Assembly (NCBI GenBank): GCA_965250085.1
Contig: OZ252287.1
Span: forward strand, 320,001 to 384,000
Reading direction: 5' to 3'
DNA length: 64,000 bases
Origin: Candidatus Altimarinota bacterium
GTDB lineage: Bacteria; Patescibacteriota; Gracilibacteria; CAIRYL01
In this document: positions 1 through 10,055 of the stretch, piece by piece
How positions within the stretch are numbered: the stretch's first letter is position 1
How the letters are laid out: each line of letters begins with the position of its first letter
Program-made: the position numbers and the translations under genes
The notes under the pieces: generated by a model
Told to the model about the DNA's origin: nothing
Databases searched by the model: none
Seen by the model: only the letters and a program-made list of their open reading frames with translations

Positions 1-153
1 AAATGGTATTCGCCAGAGGAGGAGGGCTATATCCCCTTTTTTCACTCCGAAAAAATAAAAAGTCTTCGCGGAGAATACCGGATGCACGCTGAAAAAGGAA
101 GCAATAACAACGCCTTTTTGCCAAAAGAAGTTTTTCTTTTAAAAAACTCTTGA
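1..153 (+). CDS. C-terminal end of an unidentified gene entering the window
   Basis: Frame 1 is open from base 1 (KWYSPEEEGYIPFF...LLKNS) to TGA at 151-153; no motif recognised. Confidence 0.4.
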   Translation, partial: KWYSPEEEGYIPFFHSEKIKSLRGEYRMHAEKGSNNNAFLPKEVFLLKNS

Positions 154-357
154 CGATGAACAAAAAAAGAGTACACTGCTTCACAGTTTCATGTTCCCCC
201 TCGTGAATAATACAATCTTTTGCAAGATTCTCTTCTAAACACTCCCTTTTGAGAAAGAGGCATGGGTTTTCTTGTGAATATCTATAAGCAAAACTTCTCG
301 TCTCTTTTCTTCAGAAATGGTAGAAGGCTTTTCTCTCTAAAATCTCACAGAAAACAC

Positions 358-387
358 TTGACATTATGTTAATAAATATTTTATAAT
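358..387 (+). promoter_or_regulatory. sigma70-type promoter
   Basis: TTGACA(358-363)-N18-TATAAT(382-387) upstream of ATG 411. Confidence 0.6.
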
Positions 388-410
388 TATTATCTATTGT
401 TCTTATTCCT

Positions 411-680
411 ATGAAAGCACCTTCTGATCGTTTTTCCCATGAAAGGCAGCTACCCAATGCTCATACAACAGATGGTGATGAACGCAATGGAATAAGTAAT
501 ACAACGAGAATGGGGACAGGTAGAATTCTCAGTTGGAGACCAGAAGAAGGAGTCAACGTAGTAATATTTGATAAGAACGGAAACAGAACTACGAACACAT
601 GTCCATCATATTCTTCTCCTTCCAGAAGGTCTCGAAAGATACCACAAGGAGGTGGATTTCCCTACGGAACTCTCAGATAA
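411..680 (+). CDS. small hypothetical protein
   Basis: 89-aa ORF directly after a consensus promoter. Confidence 0.4.
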   Translation: MKAPSDRFSHERQLPNAHTTDGDERNGISNTTRMGTGRILSWRPEEGVNVVIFDKNGNRTTNTCPSYSSPSRRSRKIPQGGGFPYGTLR

Positions 681-724
681 AAACCATTTATTTCTTCTTT
701 TTCTCTCTTTTACCCCTTTTCCCT

Positions 725-1294
725 ATGGATCCAGAACAAAACAACCCTGCCGATCGCTCACCTAAATTAGAAATTATCTCCACCAATCAGCAAGGCTCAA
801 GAGATCCTGTTGTAGATGCTTTTTTAGCTGGAGCTTCGCCCGATGCGCTCGACCAGATTTCAGCAATAGGTATAGATTTGACGAATACTTCTGGGTCGCA
901 AACTCCTGTTACTGTTGACCAAAACCGAAGTTTCTTTCATCGAGCAAGTACGCAGCTTCTCAGATGGAATACATTAGAAGCTGCTTACAGAACGGCAGTT
1001 CAAGATAATCCTGATGATGAAGGTTTGGAAAGAGATGCAAATACTCTTAACGATGCAATCACAATGCTAAAATGCGCAATGAAGAGCGATGATCACAAAG
1101 CATCTCGAATGGCAATTTCAATGGTAAAAAGTGGTCAAATGCCTACACTCAATAGGGTTCGCAAATTTTTAAAGTTAAAGTCAGGAAAGCCAAATATAAG
1201 ACCTACTAAGCACGATCTCCATGGAATGAGAGAAGAAGTTCCTTCTGATCTCGACTTATTACAAGAAGGCTATGGAGATAAGATGAGCCAATAA
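725..1294 (+). CDS. hypothetical protein (likely start MDPEQNN)
   Basis: Long ORF; ATG at 725 follows a pyrimidine-rich leader. Confidence 0.6.
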   Translation: MDPEQNNPADRSPKLEIISTNQQGSRDPVVDAFLAGASPDALDQISAIGIDLTNTSGSQTPVTVDQNRSFFHRASTQLLRWNTLEAAYRTAVQDNPDDEGLERDANTLNDAITMLKCAMKSDDHKASRMAISMVKSGQMPTLNRVRKFLKLKSGKPNIRPTKHDLHGMREEVPSDLDLLQEGYGDKMSQ

Positions 1295-1413
1295 ACAATG
1301 AGAGGAGTCACTTTCTCATTTAACTTGAATTTCTTTGTTAAAATTATACGTTGCTGACTGAAGCCGAGTACGAACACTTGGCTTCTTTATTTTTAATAGA
1401 AAAAAGGGAGATT

Positions 1414-2340
1414 TTATCCTCCAAATGCTTCCTGCAGTCTCTGAATTCTATTTTCCGGAAGTGGATGGGTAGAGAACCACTCACGAAAGAAGCTTCGATG
1501 TTTCTTTTCTGAAAATGGAGTACAAAAAAACAGGTGCGCTGTCGCAGTGCCCGCTCGTTTCATACGACTGTCATCAGCTGTTATTTTTTGAAGTGCCCCA
1601 ATAAGTCCATCTGGATATCGAGTGATTTCTACCGCAGAAGCATCTGCCAGATATTCCCGCTGACGTGTCATAGCAAGCTGGATAAGTTTGGCAATTATTG
1701 GTGAGAGAAGCATAAATGCGATGCCCACAAAAATCAGTATCCCATTTTCTCGCGTGCCACCTCGACTATTTCGTTGCCTCCCTTGCCCATGCCACATGAG
1801 TCTCATAGCAGTATCTCCGAGCATGGCAATTATTCCTACAAATACCACGACAATAGTTCCGATGCGAATATCATAATTTTTGATATGACTGATTTCATGC
1901 GCTATCACGCCTTCAAGTTCACTTTTTTCTAGCATATCAAGGAGTCCTGTACTCACCGCGATAGCCGCATTTTCCGGATTTCTTCCCGTGGCAAATGCAT
2001 TAGGTGATTGATCGTCTATTACACACACTTTTGGCTTGGGGATTCCTGCTGTAATGCAAATATTTTCTACAATGCGATGAAGCTCTCGAAATTGTCCTTC
2101 TTTTAATACCTCCTTCGCACCAGTAGAAAGAAGTGCTATTTGCATAGAAGAATAATATCCTACAAATGCACTGACAAATGACACCGCCCCTACTGTTCCG
2201 AGCAATGAAACCTGCTCCGCGCCCTGGAGTCCAAACATGTAGGAATACAGCCATCCTCCCAGAACAACAAAGCCAATAAAAAAGAGAATTATGAGCGCTG
2301 AGTTGCGTTTATTTCGCCGAATTTGCTGATACAAGAGCAT
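1414..2340 (-). CDS. htpX: M48 family membrane zinc metalloprotease HtpX
   Basis: PNAFATG, AHEISH (HEXXH), REYLADA, STHP motifs; downstream of lemA. Confidence 0.93.
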   Translation of the reverse strand: MLLYQQIRRNKRNSALIILFFIGFVVLGGWLYSYMFGLQGAEQVSLLGTVGAVSFVSAFVGYYSSMQIALLSTGAKEVLKEGQFRELHRIVENICITAGIPKPKVCVIDDQSPNAFATGRNPENAAIAVSTGLLDMLEKSELEGVIAHEISHIKNYDIRIGTIVVVFVGIIAMLGDTAMRLMWHGQGRQRNSRGGTRENGILIFVGIAFMLLSPIIAKLIQLAMTRQREYLADASAVEITRYPDGLIGALQKITADDSRMKRAGTATAHLFFCTPFSEKKHRSFFREWFSTHPLPENRIQRLQEAFGG

Positions 2341-2362
2341 AGTTCAATTACAAATTTGCGAA

Positions 2363-2570
2363 TTACGCAATAGTCATTTTTGCAAAAAAATCTTTCTTCG
2401 ATTGAGCTCCTACAGCTTCCTCTACGTTCGCTCCAATTGAAGTCCCACTTTTCAATATTTGTTTTGAAAGCACGAATTCTTTTTTTTTTCACTAAAAACT
2501 GATATAGCTTTACTATTCGTAAAGCAAATTCATAGCTTTTATCCCGAATAACATTGTCTTGGCTGCTCAT
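2363..2570 (-). pseudogene. four-helix-bundle (IVP/TIGR02436-like) protein, frameshifted and truncated
   Basis: VIRDKSYEFALRIVKLYQFL, a shift in a 10-nt A tract (T2480-2489), then EFVLSKQILKSGTSIGANVEEAVGAQSKKDFFAKMTIA and an early TAA. Confidence 0.8.
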
Positions 2571-2601
2571 GAAGAATTAATTGTACATTGCGCATTGCAC
2601 A

Positions 2602-3159
2602 TTAAAAATTGACTTTTACATTTTCTCGTTCTTCTTTATTCTCAAGTTCAAAAAACTCAAACTTTGGAAATGAAGGAAAAAATCGAACGATGATATTATT
2701 AGGAAATACCTCAATCTTGGTATTGAACTGCTCCACCATAGAATTGTAAAACCTGCGTGCCGCTTGAATCTTATCTTCTGTGTCCGTCAATTCTCTCTGA
2801 AGTTCTATAAAGTTTTCATTTGCTTTGAGATCTGGATAAGCTTCTGCCACAGCAAAGAGGCTTTTGAGCGCACCAGTCAGCATATTTTCTGCCTTGGCTT
2901 GCCCTTCCACGCTTCCAGCGCCCATGGCAGCTGTACGAGCTTTTGTGACATTTTCAAAAACCTCTTTTTCATGCCCCGCATATCCTTTTACTGCTTCAAG
3001 AAGATTGGGGATGAGGTCGTATCGACGTTTGAGCTGCACGTCAATATCGCTCCACGCTGCTTTCGTTTTATTCTTGAGGCGAATAAGACCGTTGTACACT
3101 CCCACCACAAAAAGCGCGATTACTCCAACGATGAGAAGAAGAATCCAAAAGAAATTCAT
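2602..3159 (-). CDS. lemA: LemA family protein
   Basis: YNGLIRLKN, AWSDIDVQLKRRYDLIPNL, AEAYPDLKAN motifs. Confidence 0.95.
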   Translation of the reverse strand: MNFFWILLLIVGVIALFVVGVYNGLIRLKNKTKAAWSDIDVQLKRRYDLIPNLLEAVKGYAGHEKEVFENVTKARTAAMGAGSVEGQAKAENMLTGALKSLFAVAEAYPDLKANENFIELQRELTDTEDKIQAARRFYNSMVEQFNTKIEVFPNNIIVRFFPSFPKFEFFELENKEERENVKVNF

Positions 3160-3248
3160 AGTATTTTATAATGAAATAGAAAAACTACTTCCATTGTAGA
3201 TGAAATTAAAAAATTAGGAAATTATCAATTTTTTAAGAAAATTTTTCC

Positions 3249-3857
3249 TTACTTTTCGTTATGTCGTGATTCGAGTTCCTCAAGAATACTATCAAGAGAG
3301 ATCTCTTTTTCCGCTAAAAGCACAAAAAGATGAAAAAGAAGGTCAGAACTTTCCTCAATTATTCTTTTCTTGCTCTTATTTTTTGCTGCAATAACTACTT
3401 CCGTCGCTTCTTCGCCGACTTTTTGCACAATCCGATCGAGTCCTTCTTTGAAGAGACTGGTCGTATATGAACCTTCAGACGGTTCCTTTTTCCGTTTTTG
3501 AATCAATTTAAAGAGATACTGCAGGAAGTAGATACTTTCTTCCTCACCAAAGCAGGAAGTCTGACCAGTGTGACATGTCGCACCTTTTGGAATAACAGAA
3601 ATAAGAATCGCATCATTGTCACAATCTAATTCCGCATCAATAAATTCCAAGGTATTACCACTGGTTTCACCTTTCATCCAAAGTCGCTTTTTAGATCTGC
3701 TGTAAAACCAAACCTTCTTTGCTTTAAGTGTTTTTTGGAGTGATTCTTTATTCATATAGCCCAGCATCAAAACCTGTTTTGTCTGGTTATTTTGAATAAT
3801 TGCCGGAATTAAACCGTTACTTTTGGCAAAATCAGTATTGTTGAGAAGAGATTTCAT
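3249..3857 (-). CDS. hisIE: bifunctional phosphoribosyl-AMP cyclohydrolase / phosphoribosyl-ATP pyrophosphatase
   Basis: LWMKGETSGN, DCDND, TCHTG, QKVGEEATE motifs. Confidence 0.95.
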   Translation of the reverse strand: MKSLLNNTDFAKSNGLIPAIIQNNQTKQVLMLGYMNKESLQKTLKAKKVWFYSRSKKRLWMKGETSGNTLEFIDAELDCDNDAILISVIPKGATCHTGQTSCFGEEESIYFLQYLFKLIQKRKKEPSEGSYTTSLFKEGLDRIVQKVGEEATEVVIAAKNKSKKRIIEESSDLLFHLFVLLAEKEISLDSILEELESRHNEK

Positions 3858-5965
3858 AAACGAAGAGAAATATTTTGAGAAAAAAGATATTGTTTGAGTT
3901 CAGGAATCTGGAGTTCCTCAGAATGAAATATGCCAGCGGCAAGTGCTGCATCACATTTTCCTTCTGTAAAAGCCTGTAAGAAGTGCTCTTTTTTGCCTGC
4001 TCCGCTAGAAGCTATTACGGGAATATTTACTGCTTCTGAGATTGCCTTGAGGAGCTGAAGATCATAGCCACTTTTCATGCCATCTCGATCAAGTGAATTT
4101 ATGAGAAGCTCCCCAGCCCCAAGTGTTTCCATCTGTTTGACAAACTTAATTGCATCAATGCCAGTATTTTTTTTACCACCATTAATATAGATTTCCCATT
4201 TGTCCCCTGATCTTTTTGGAGAAAGGGAGATCACAATACATTGAGAGCCAAAAGTTTGAGCAGCTTCCGCCACGAGATCAGGGGTATTTACGGCAGATGA
4301 CTCAATGGCGACTTTATCAGCTCCATTGGCAAGTACTGTCCTGATATCATCAATGCTTCTAATTCCTCCACCAACAGTAAAAGGAATATTGATGTTTCGA
4401 GAGATTTTTTCCACAAGTTCAACCAGGGTTTTTCTTTTTTCTGTTGTTGCGGTGATATCAAGAAATACGAGCTCATCAATACCCATATCACTATACATTG
4501 TTCCCAGATCTACCGGATCACCAGCATCTTTTAGATTTTTATAATTCGTTCCTTTCACTACACGACCTTTATCAATATCCATACAAGCGATAATGCGCTT
4601 AGCGATACCAGAAGATTTTGTAGAGGAGGGTTTGAAACCCTCCCTTACGATCTCTGCAAGATCAATCTTTCCTTCATATATGGCTTTACCAATAATCACT
4701 CCATTAACATTCATCTTTCTCAATTTTTCTACATCTTGCTCAGAAGAAATTCCACCAGCGACAATTATACTCAATCCTGATTCTTGAACTTCGGAAACAC
4801 TCTTAAAGCTTGGACCGCTCAGCATTCCATCTTGTGCAATATCAGTGAAGATAACTGTAGTAACGCCAAGTGTTTTCAATTCTGCGAAAAAATTAGAAAT
4901 AAGGATTGTGCTTACCTCTTTCCAGCCATTAGTTGCCACCACGCCATCTCTGGCATCAACGGAGACAATAATTCGATCAGAGTTAAAATTCTTCACCAAT
5001 TTCTTAATGAGTGCTGGATTTTTTACGGCAGAAGTACTGAGGATGATTCGCTCTATCCCATTCTCAAGAAGCATTTGAGCATCTTTGTATGTACGAATTC
5101 CTCCACCAGTTTGCACAGGGATATTCACTGTCCTTGCCACCTTTAGAATTATTTTTGAATTACAGAGTTGACCCTGCTTCGCTCCATCGAGGTCAATAAC
5201 ATGAATTACCGAAGCACCTTGTTTTTCAAATTTCTTTGCCATTTCGAGTGGATCAGTGTTGTATTCAGTTTTTCGTCTGTAATTTCCTTGGCTGAGTCGA
5301 ACACACTTTCCATCGATAAGATCAATTGCTGGGATAATCTCCATAGGCTTTTGTTTTTTCGATACTGATTCATTCTCTAGTTTGCAAAAGTTCTCCAGGA
5401 ACTGTAGGCCCATTTTTCCAGATTTCTCAGGGTGAAATTGAACTCCATAGAAATTATCTCTCCGAATAAGAGCAGCGAATGTATCACTATGTTTTCCCAT
5501 TCCAAGTACATATTCGCTGCTCACTTGAACATAATATGAATTTGCAAAGTAAAAATAACTTTCAGATGGAACACCATTCAAAATAGGGTCATTTTGAGGA
5601 GAACATATACTATTCCAGCCCATTTGTGGCACCTTGAAACCCACCTTGCTGCTGAACCTTTTGACCCTTCCGGGGATAATGTTAAGCCCTTTGGTGTCAT
5701 CTTCTTCGGACGCAATACAAAGGAGCTGCATCCCTAAACAGATGCCAAGAAATGGTACCTTGATTTGAGGAATTACATCCCAAACCCCGAGCTTTTGAAG
5801 CTCCTGCTTTGCTTGTGCAGCACGACCCTGTCCAGGGAAGATTACTTTGTCTGCACTGAGAATCTCCTCAGGATCGGAAGTCACAATAAATTTTACTCCA
5901 AGCGTGCCCAAGGCATTCGTTATGGAACAAATGTTGCCAGCGTTGTAGTTAATAATAGCAATCAT
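3854..5965 (-). CDS. hisHAF: HisH-HisA-HisF triple fusion protein (703 aa)
   Basis: HisH (GICLGMQ, QFHPEKSG), HisA (MEIIPAIDLIDGKCVRL from 5344), HisF (AKRIIACMD, GDPV, DELVFLDITA, SLDRDG) in one open frame. Confidence 0.92.
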   Translation of the reverse strand: MIAIINYNAGNICSITNALGTLGVKFIVTSDPEEILSADKVIFPGQGRAAQAKQELQKLGVWDVIPQIKVPFLGICLGMQLLCIASEEDDTKGLNIIPGRVKRFSSKVGFKVPQMGWNSICSPQNDPILNGVPSESYFYFANSYYVQVSSEYVLGMGKHSDTFAALIRRDNFYGVQFHPEKSGKMGLQFLENFCKLENESVSKKQKPMEIIPAIDLIDGKCVRLSQGNYRRKTEYNTDPLEMAKKFEKQGASVIHVIDLDGAKQGQLCNSKIILKVARTVNIPVQTGGGIRTYKDAQMLLENGIERIILSTSAVKNPALIKKLVKNFNSDRIIVSVDARDGVVATNGWKEVSTILISNFFAELKTLGVTTVIFTDIAQDGMLSGPSFKSVSEVQESGLSIIVAGGISSEQDVEKLRKMNVNGVIIGKAIYEGKIDLAEIVREGFKPSSTKSSGIAKRIIACMDIDKGRVVKGTNYKNLKDAGDPVDLGTMYSDMGIDELVFLDITATTEKRKTLVELVEKISRNINIPFTVGGGIRSIDDIRTVLANGADKVAIESSAVNTPDLVAEAAQTFGSQCIVISLSPKRSGDKWEIYINGGKKNTGIDAIKFVKQMETLGAGELLINSLDRDGMKSGYDLQLLKAISEAVNIPVIASSGAGKKEHFLQAFTEGKCDAALAAGIFHSEELQIPELKQYLFSQNISLRL
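4620..4648. repeat. GTAG-type REP-like palindrome inside the HisA-HisF linker
   Basis: gtagaggagggtttgaaaccctcccttac; 28/29 identical to 8141-8169. Confidence 0.8.
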
Positions 5966-7050
5966 AAGAGTCCTTTTGTGGAAGGTAAAATTTTGGTAGT
6001 TCTGGAATTTCTCTCAGCAGCCATTTTAAGAGCTCTGGCAAGTGCCTTAAATGAAGATTCGATCATATGGTGCTCATTTTTTCCTGTTATCCTGACGCTC
6101 AGTGTTGCTTTGAGACCGTCAGCGAAGGAACGAAAAAAGTGTTCGAGCATTTCTGTCGGCATATCACCGACTTTTTCTCTTTTAAACTTTGCGTTGAATG
6201 TCGTATAGCTCCTGCCTGAGAGATCGAGGGAAACTTCTGCTAACGATTCATCCATAGGCATGCGCACACCAAATCGCTCAATACCTTTTTTATCTCCAAG
6301 TGCTTTTGTAATCGCTTTACTCAGGGTAATGCCGGTATCTTCTATGGTGTGGTGCTCATCAATGTGCAGATCACCTTTGACTTTGATATTCATATCGATC
6401 AGAGAGTGTTTGGAAAGTTGTTCCAGCATGTGGTCAAAGAAGCTAAGACCCGTAGATATCTTGTATTTTCCGGTTCCATCAAGATTCACACTGACTGAAA
6501 TATCAGTTTCTTTCGTCTTTCGTTCAAGTATTGCTTTTCGCTCCAAAATTTTGGCAGCAATCTTTATCCAACCATTCCGAGGACTGATCTTTATCCCCTT
6601 GCATCCAATATTTTTGCCAAGATCCATATCACTTCGCCTGTCTCCAATTACATATGAGCACTGCAGATCAATCTTATTCTCCCGAAGGTATTTTTTCAGA
6701 AGCCCTGTCTTTGGTTTTCGACAATCACAATTTTCTTTTGGTAGGTGCGGACAGATAAAAATCTCTTCAAACTCAATTCCCTCACCTCGCAGAGTATTCA
6801 GAATCAAATTTTGCGGTGCATCAAAATCCTTCTGTGGAAATATCTTTTGCCCAAGCCCGTCTTGATTAGAAATCATGACCAGTGTAAATCCGGCATCATA
6901 AAGCATCTTAAGCGAACTAATAGCGTACGGAATAAACTCCAGTTTTTCTAAGCAGTCGAGCTGATAATCGATCCATTTTGGGTCATTTGGACGAGATTCT
7001 GGTTCTTTGACGATGCAGCCATCTCGATCAATAAAGAGTATTTTTTTCAT
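5962..7050 (-). CDS. hisB: bifunctional histidinol-phosphatase / imidazoleglycerol-phosphate dehydratase
   Basis: FIDRDG HAD motif, CDCRKP, RKTKETDI, DEHHTIED, NEHHMIE; ATG 7050 overlaps the hisC stop. Confidence 0.95.
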   Translation of the reverse strand: MKKILFIDRDGCIVKEPESRPNDPKWIDYQLDCLEKLEFIPYAISSLKMLYDAGFTLVMISNQDGLGQKIFPQKDFDAPQNLILNTLRGEGIEFEEIFICPHLPKENCDCRKPKTGLLKKYLRENKIDLQCSYVIGDRRSDMDLGKNIGCKGIKISPRNGWIKIAAKILERKAILERKTKETDISVSVNLDGTGKYKISTGLSFFDHMLEQLSKHSLIDMNIKVKGDLHIDEHHTIEDTGITLSKAITKALGDKKGIERFGVRMPMDESLAEVSLDLSGRSYTTFNAKFKREKVGDMPTEMLEHFFRSFADGLKATLSVRITGKNEHHMIESSFKALARALKMAAERNSRTTKILPSTKGLL

Positions 7051-8120
7051 AGGAATGGAGAAAAAATGGTAATAAAATCTTCCATTTGTTTTTTTGTTCC
7101 AATACTCAGTCGTAGAGTGTTTCCTAAATACCCTTTTCGAGGTCTGAGCAAACACCCATCTTGTTTTAGCTTTTTAAAAAGTTTTTGAGGATTACTTTTT
7201 GGGAAAAAAAGAAGGAAGTTAGCAGTGCTTTCGAAGAATTGAATTCCATTTTCTGTAAAAAACTTTTCCATAAGTGGCTTTGCCCTGTTCATCACTTCCT
7301 CTACATATTTTTCCAAATCTTCAATGTCATCCAATGCTCCTGTGGCAGCATAATATGCGAGAGAATTTATATCATACGGTCCTCGAACTTTTAACATTTG
7401 CTCAATATTTTGCTGTCCGGAGAGCACATATCCAACTCGTAATGCCGCGAGTCCAAAGGCTTTTGAGAAGGTTCTGGTAATTATAAGATTTGGGTATTTT
7501 GAAATAAGTCCCGCAGCAGTAACGCCCGAAAACTCATAATAGGCTTCGTCCACATACACGATTGCATTTGGTGCTTTTTGAATAATTGCCTCAATTTGTT
7601 CAAGTGATATGGGTGTTCCCGTTGGATTATTTGGGCTGCATAAAACAATAAGTTTTGTTTTTGAGGTAATGGCACCCAATATTTCTTTACACGGAAATCG
7701 TAGAGGCTGAAAATTTTCAGCCCCTACAGCACAATATTCAGGTTTTATAATTTTATTCCCCATAATTCCAGCACATTGATAAAACATAGCAAAGCTCGGA
7801 GAAGGAATAATCACTTCATCATCTTTTTGGGTAAAGGTGCGAAAAATCAGATCAATACCCTGGTCTGAACCATTGGTCACCATTGCCTGCTCAGGAGAAA
7901 CTTTGGCGTACGCAGCAATGCGTTCACAGAAGTCGAAATATTCGGGATAGAGATTGAGTTTTTTCCCTTCTATAAAATTTGTAATAGCATCGAGTGCTTT
8001 CTGACTTGGGGACACTGTCCGTTCATTAAAATCAAGTAGCATGCCTGGATAACCACTTCTTCCTTCGAGTGGAGGAGAATAGGGTGTAAGTGCCTGAATG
8101 TGAGGATTTGCAAAGTTCAT
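7047..8120 (-). CDS. hisC: histidinol-phosphate aminotransferase
   Basis: NGSDQGI, CSPNNPTG, VDEAY, RTFSKAFGLAALRVGY. Confidence 0.93.
   Translation of the reverse strand: MNFANPHIQALTPYSPPLEGRSGYPGMLLDFNERTVSPSQKALDAITNFIEGKKLNLYPEYFDFCERIAAYAKVSPEQAMVTNGSDQGIDLIFRTFTQKDDEVIIPSPSFAMFYQCAGIMGNKIIKPEYCAVGAENFQPLRFPCKEILGAITSKTKLIVLCSPNNPTGTPISLEQIEAIIQKAPNAIVYVDEAYYEFSGVTAAGLISKYPNLIITRTFSKAFGLAALRVGYVLSGQQNIEQMLKVRGPYDINSLAYYAATGALDDIEDLEKYVEEVMNRAKPLMEKFFTENGIQFFESTANFLLFFPKSNPQKLFKKLKQDGCLLRPRKGYLGNTLRLSIGTKKQMEDFITIFSPFL
7700..7727. repeat. GTAG-type REP-like palindrome in frame inside hisC
   Basis: gtagaggctgaaaattttcagcccctac, read as VGAENFQPLR. Confidence 0.7.
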
Positions 8121-8140
8121 AAAGTAAAGTTGAATATTTC

Positions 8141-8169
8141 GTAGGGGAGGGTTTGAAACCCTCCCTTAC
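8141..8169. repeat. GTAG-type REP-like palindrome, hisD-hisC intergenic
   Basis: gtaggggagggtttgaaaccctcccttac. Confidence 0.8.
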
Positions 8170-8172
8170 AAT

Positions 8173-9456
8173 TTATAATCGTATTTTGACAGCATCAGCA
8201 TGAGCTTGAAGTTCTTCCGCTTCAGCCATAGTGATTACTGTTTGAGAAATATTCTTGAGTCCTTCCTCAGTAAGTTCTTGAAAGGTAATTTTTCTCAGAA
8301 AGCTTTCGACCGATATGCCACTGTAGCTACGAGCGTAGCCAGAGGTTGGAAGAGTGTGATTTGTTCCAGAAGCGTAATCTCCAACTGACTCAGGACTATA
8401 GGGTCCAAGAAACACAGAACCCGCATTTCGAATAAGTGGGAGATACTTTCTTGAATTCTGGAGACTCAAGATCAAGTGTTCTGGAGCGTATTGATTGCTG
8501 AAGTCAAAAGACTCTTCAATGGTGTCAGTAATCAGGATAAGGCTGTTTTGAAGTGCTGCTTCTGCAATACTCCTTCGAGGCAATGCCTGCAGTTGTTTCT
8601 TCATTTCTGATTGTACTTGTGCTGCTAATTGCTCGTCCGTGAGCATTAAAACAACCTGGCTATCCTCTCCGTGTTCTGCTTGGGAAAGAAGATCAGCAGC
8701 AATAAAGGCAGGATTGGAATCTCCATCAGCAATAACAAGGACTTCAGAGGGTCCAGCTGGCATATCAATTGCTGATCCGTTTGGATCAATCGAGATAAGC
8801 ATCTTGGCAGCAGTAACATATTGATTTCCAGGACCAAATATTTTATCTACTTTGGAAATACTTTCCGTCCCATATGCCATAGCAGCAATCGCCTGTGCCC
8901 CGCCTACTTTGTATATTTCAGTTACGCCATTTGCCTTTGTTGCAAAGAGAATTTCAGGAGCAATATTTCCTCTTTTATTTGGAGGAGTACAAAGAATAAT
9001 ATTTTTACATCCAGCAATCCGAGCTGGTATTGCCAGCATTAAGACCGTAGAAAAGAGCGGTGCGGTTCCTCCTGGTACATAGAGTCCCACTTTTTCAATT
9101 GCCCTACTTTCTCGGAAGCACATCACTCCTGGCATAATCTCAACAGGAGCTTCTTGCTGCAACTGAGCACTGTGAAACTTTTGAATGTTTTGTGCGGCAA
9201 TCTGAATTGCGTTCTTTATTTCTGGTGTGAGGCTCTTTTCTGCATCAATAAATTCTTGCTCAGAAACTTTGAAATCATTCATTTTTACACCATCAAATCT
9301 CAGGGCGTATTCCTTGAGAGCAGTATCTTCATTTTCTTGTACCTTTTGAAGCACCGCTTTCACTATCTCAGAAACATCTTGCACATCAGAAGAGGGTCGT
9401 TTGACGAGGTTTTTGATTTCTTCAGCCGATAGATTGTTTAAAAAATAGGTTTTCAT
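8173..9456 (-). CDS. hisD: histidinol dehydrogenase
   Basis: [42 protein letters not shown]. Confidence 0.96.
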   Translation of the reverse strand: MKTYFLNNLSAEEIKNLVKRPSSDVQDVSEIVKAVLQKVQENEDTALKEYALRFDGVKMNDFKVSEQEFIDAEKSLTPEIKNAIQIAAQNIQKFHSAQLQQEAPVEIMPGVMCFRESRAIEKVGLYVPGGTAPLFSTVLMLAIPARIAGCKNIILCTPPNKRGNIAPEILFATKANGVTEIYKVGGAQAIAAMAYGTESISKVDKIFGPGNQYVTAAKMLISIDPNGSAIDMPAGPSEVLVIADGDSNPAFIAADLLSQAEHGEDSQVVLMLTDEQLAAQVQSEMKKQLQALPRRSIAEAALQNSLILITDTIEESFDFSNQYAPEHLILSLQNSRKYLPLIRNAGSVFLGPYSPESVGDYASGTNHTLPTSGYARSYSGISVESFLRKITFQELTEEGLKNISQTVITMAEAEELQAHADAVKIRL

Positions 9457-10055
9457 AGTTTTGAGAGAAATTCAGATTTAGCAGGATTGGAGAAGGGGCT
9501 TTCAATTAAGATAGCTTCTGATTCCATAATTGTTGTTAGTTCCACAAGGTTGTGAGCACTCAGCGTATTTCCTGTTTGTGTAATGTCACAAATAGCATCA
9601 GCCAGCCCAAGTTCTGGTGTTACTTCGACTGATCCAGCGATAGGCACAAGAGATGAGTGTATGCCCTTTTTACTCAGAAATTGAGAAAGTACACGAGAAT
9701 AAGATGTAGCGATACGCTCTCCTTCCAAGTCTTGTAGTGTTTTGATTGGTGAATTTTTTGGCAAAGCAAGAACCAGTCGACACTGTGCAAATCCAAGTCG
9801 CTTTATGATCTTTGCCGGTGCATCTTTTTCTGCGAGTACATTTGCACCAGCGATTCCAAAATCAGCCACTCCTCCGCTCACATATTCAGGGATGTCATTA
9901 CTGCGGAGGAGGAAGATATCAATATTCGCATTTGTGCAGGAAGTCATGAGATTCCTTCCATTTCGTTCAAATTCAAGTCCTACAGATTGGAGGAATTTAC
10001 TACTTTCATCACTGAGACGACCTTTGCTTTGTATTGCAATGCGTAATGCACTCAT
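9453..10055 (-). CDS. hisG: ATP phosphoribosyltransferase, short (200 aa, no C-terminal regulatory domain)
   Basis: RIAIQSKGRLS, RIATSY, GSVEVTPELGLADAICDITQTGNTL. Confidence 0.92.
   Translation of the reverse strand: MSALRIAIQSKGRLSDESSKFLQSVGLEFERNGRNLMTSCTNANIDIFLLRSNDIPEYVSGGVADFGIAGANVLAEKDAPAKIIKRLGFAQCRLVLALPKNSPIKTLQDLEGERIATSYSRVLSQFLSKKGIHSSLVPIAGSVEVTPELGLADAICDITQTGNTLSAHNLVELTTIMESEAILIESPFSNPAKSEFLSKL

Noticed and set aside
6260-6865. Long antisense ORFs (also 45612-46418, 20186-20740, 19365-19991)
   Set aside because: Shadow frames opposite real genes or GC-rich open frames with no motifs
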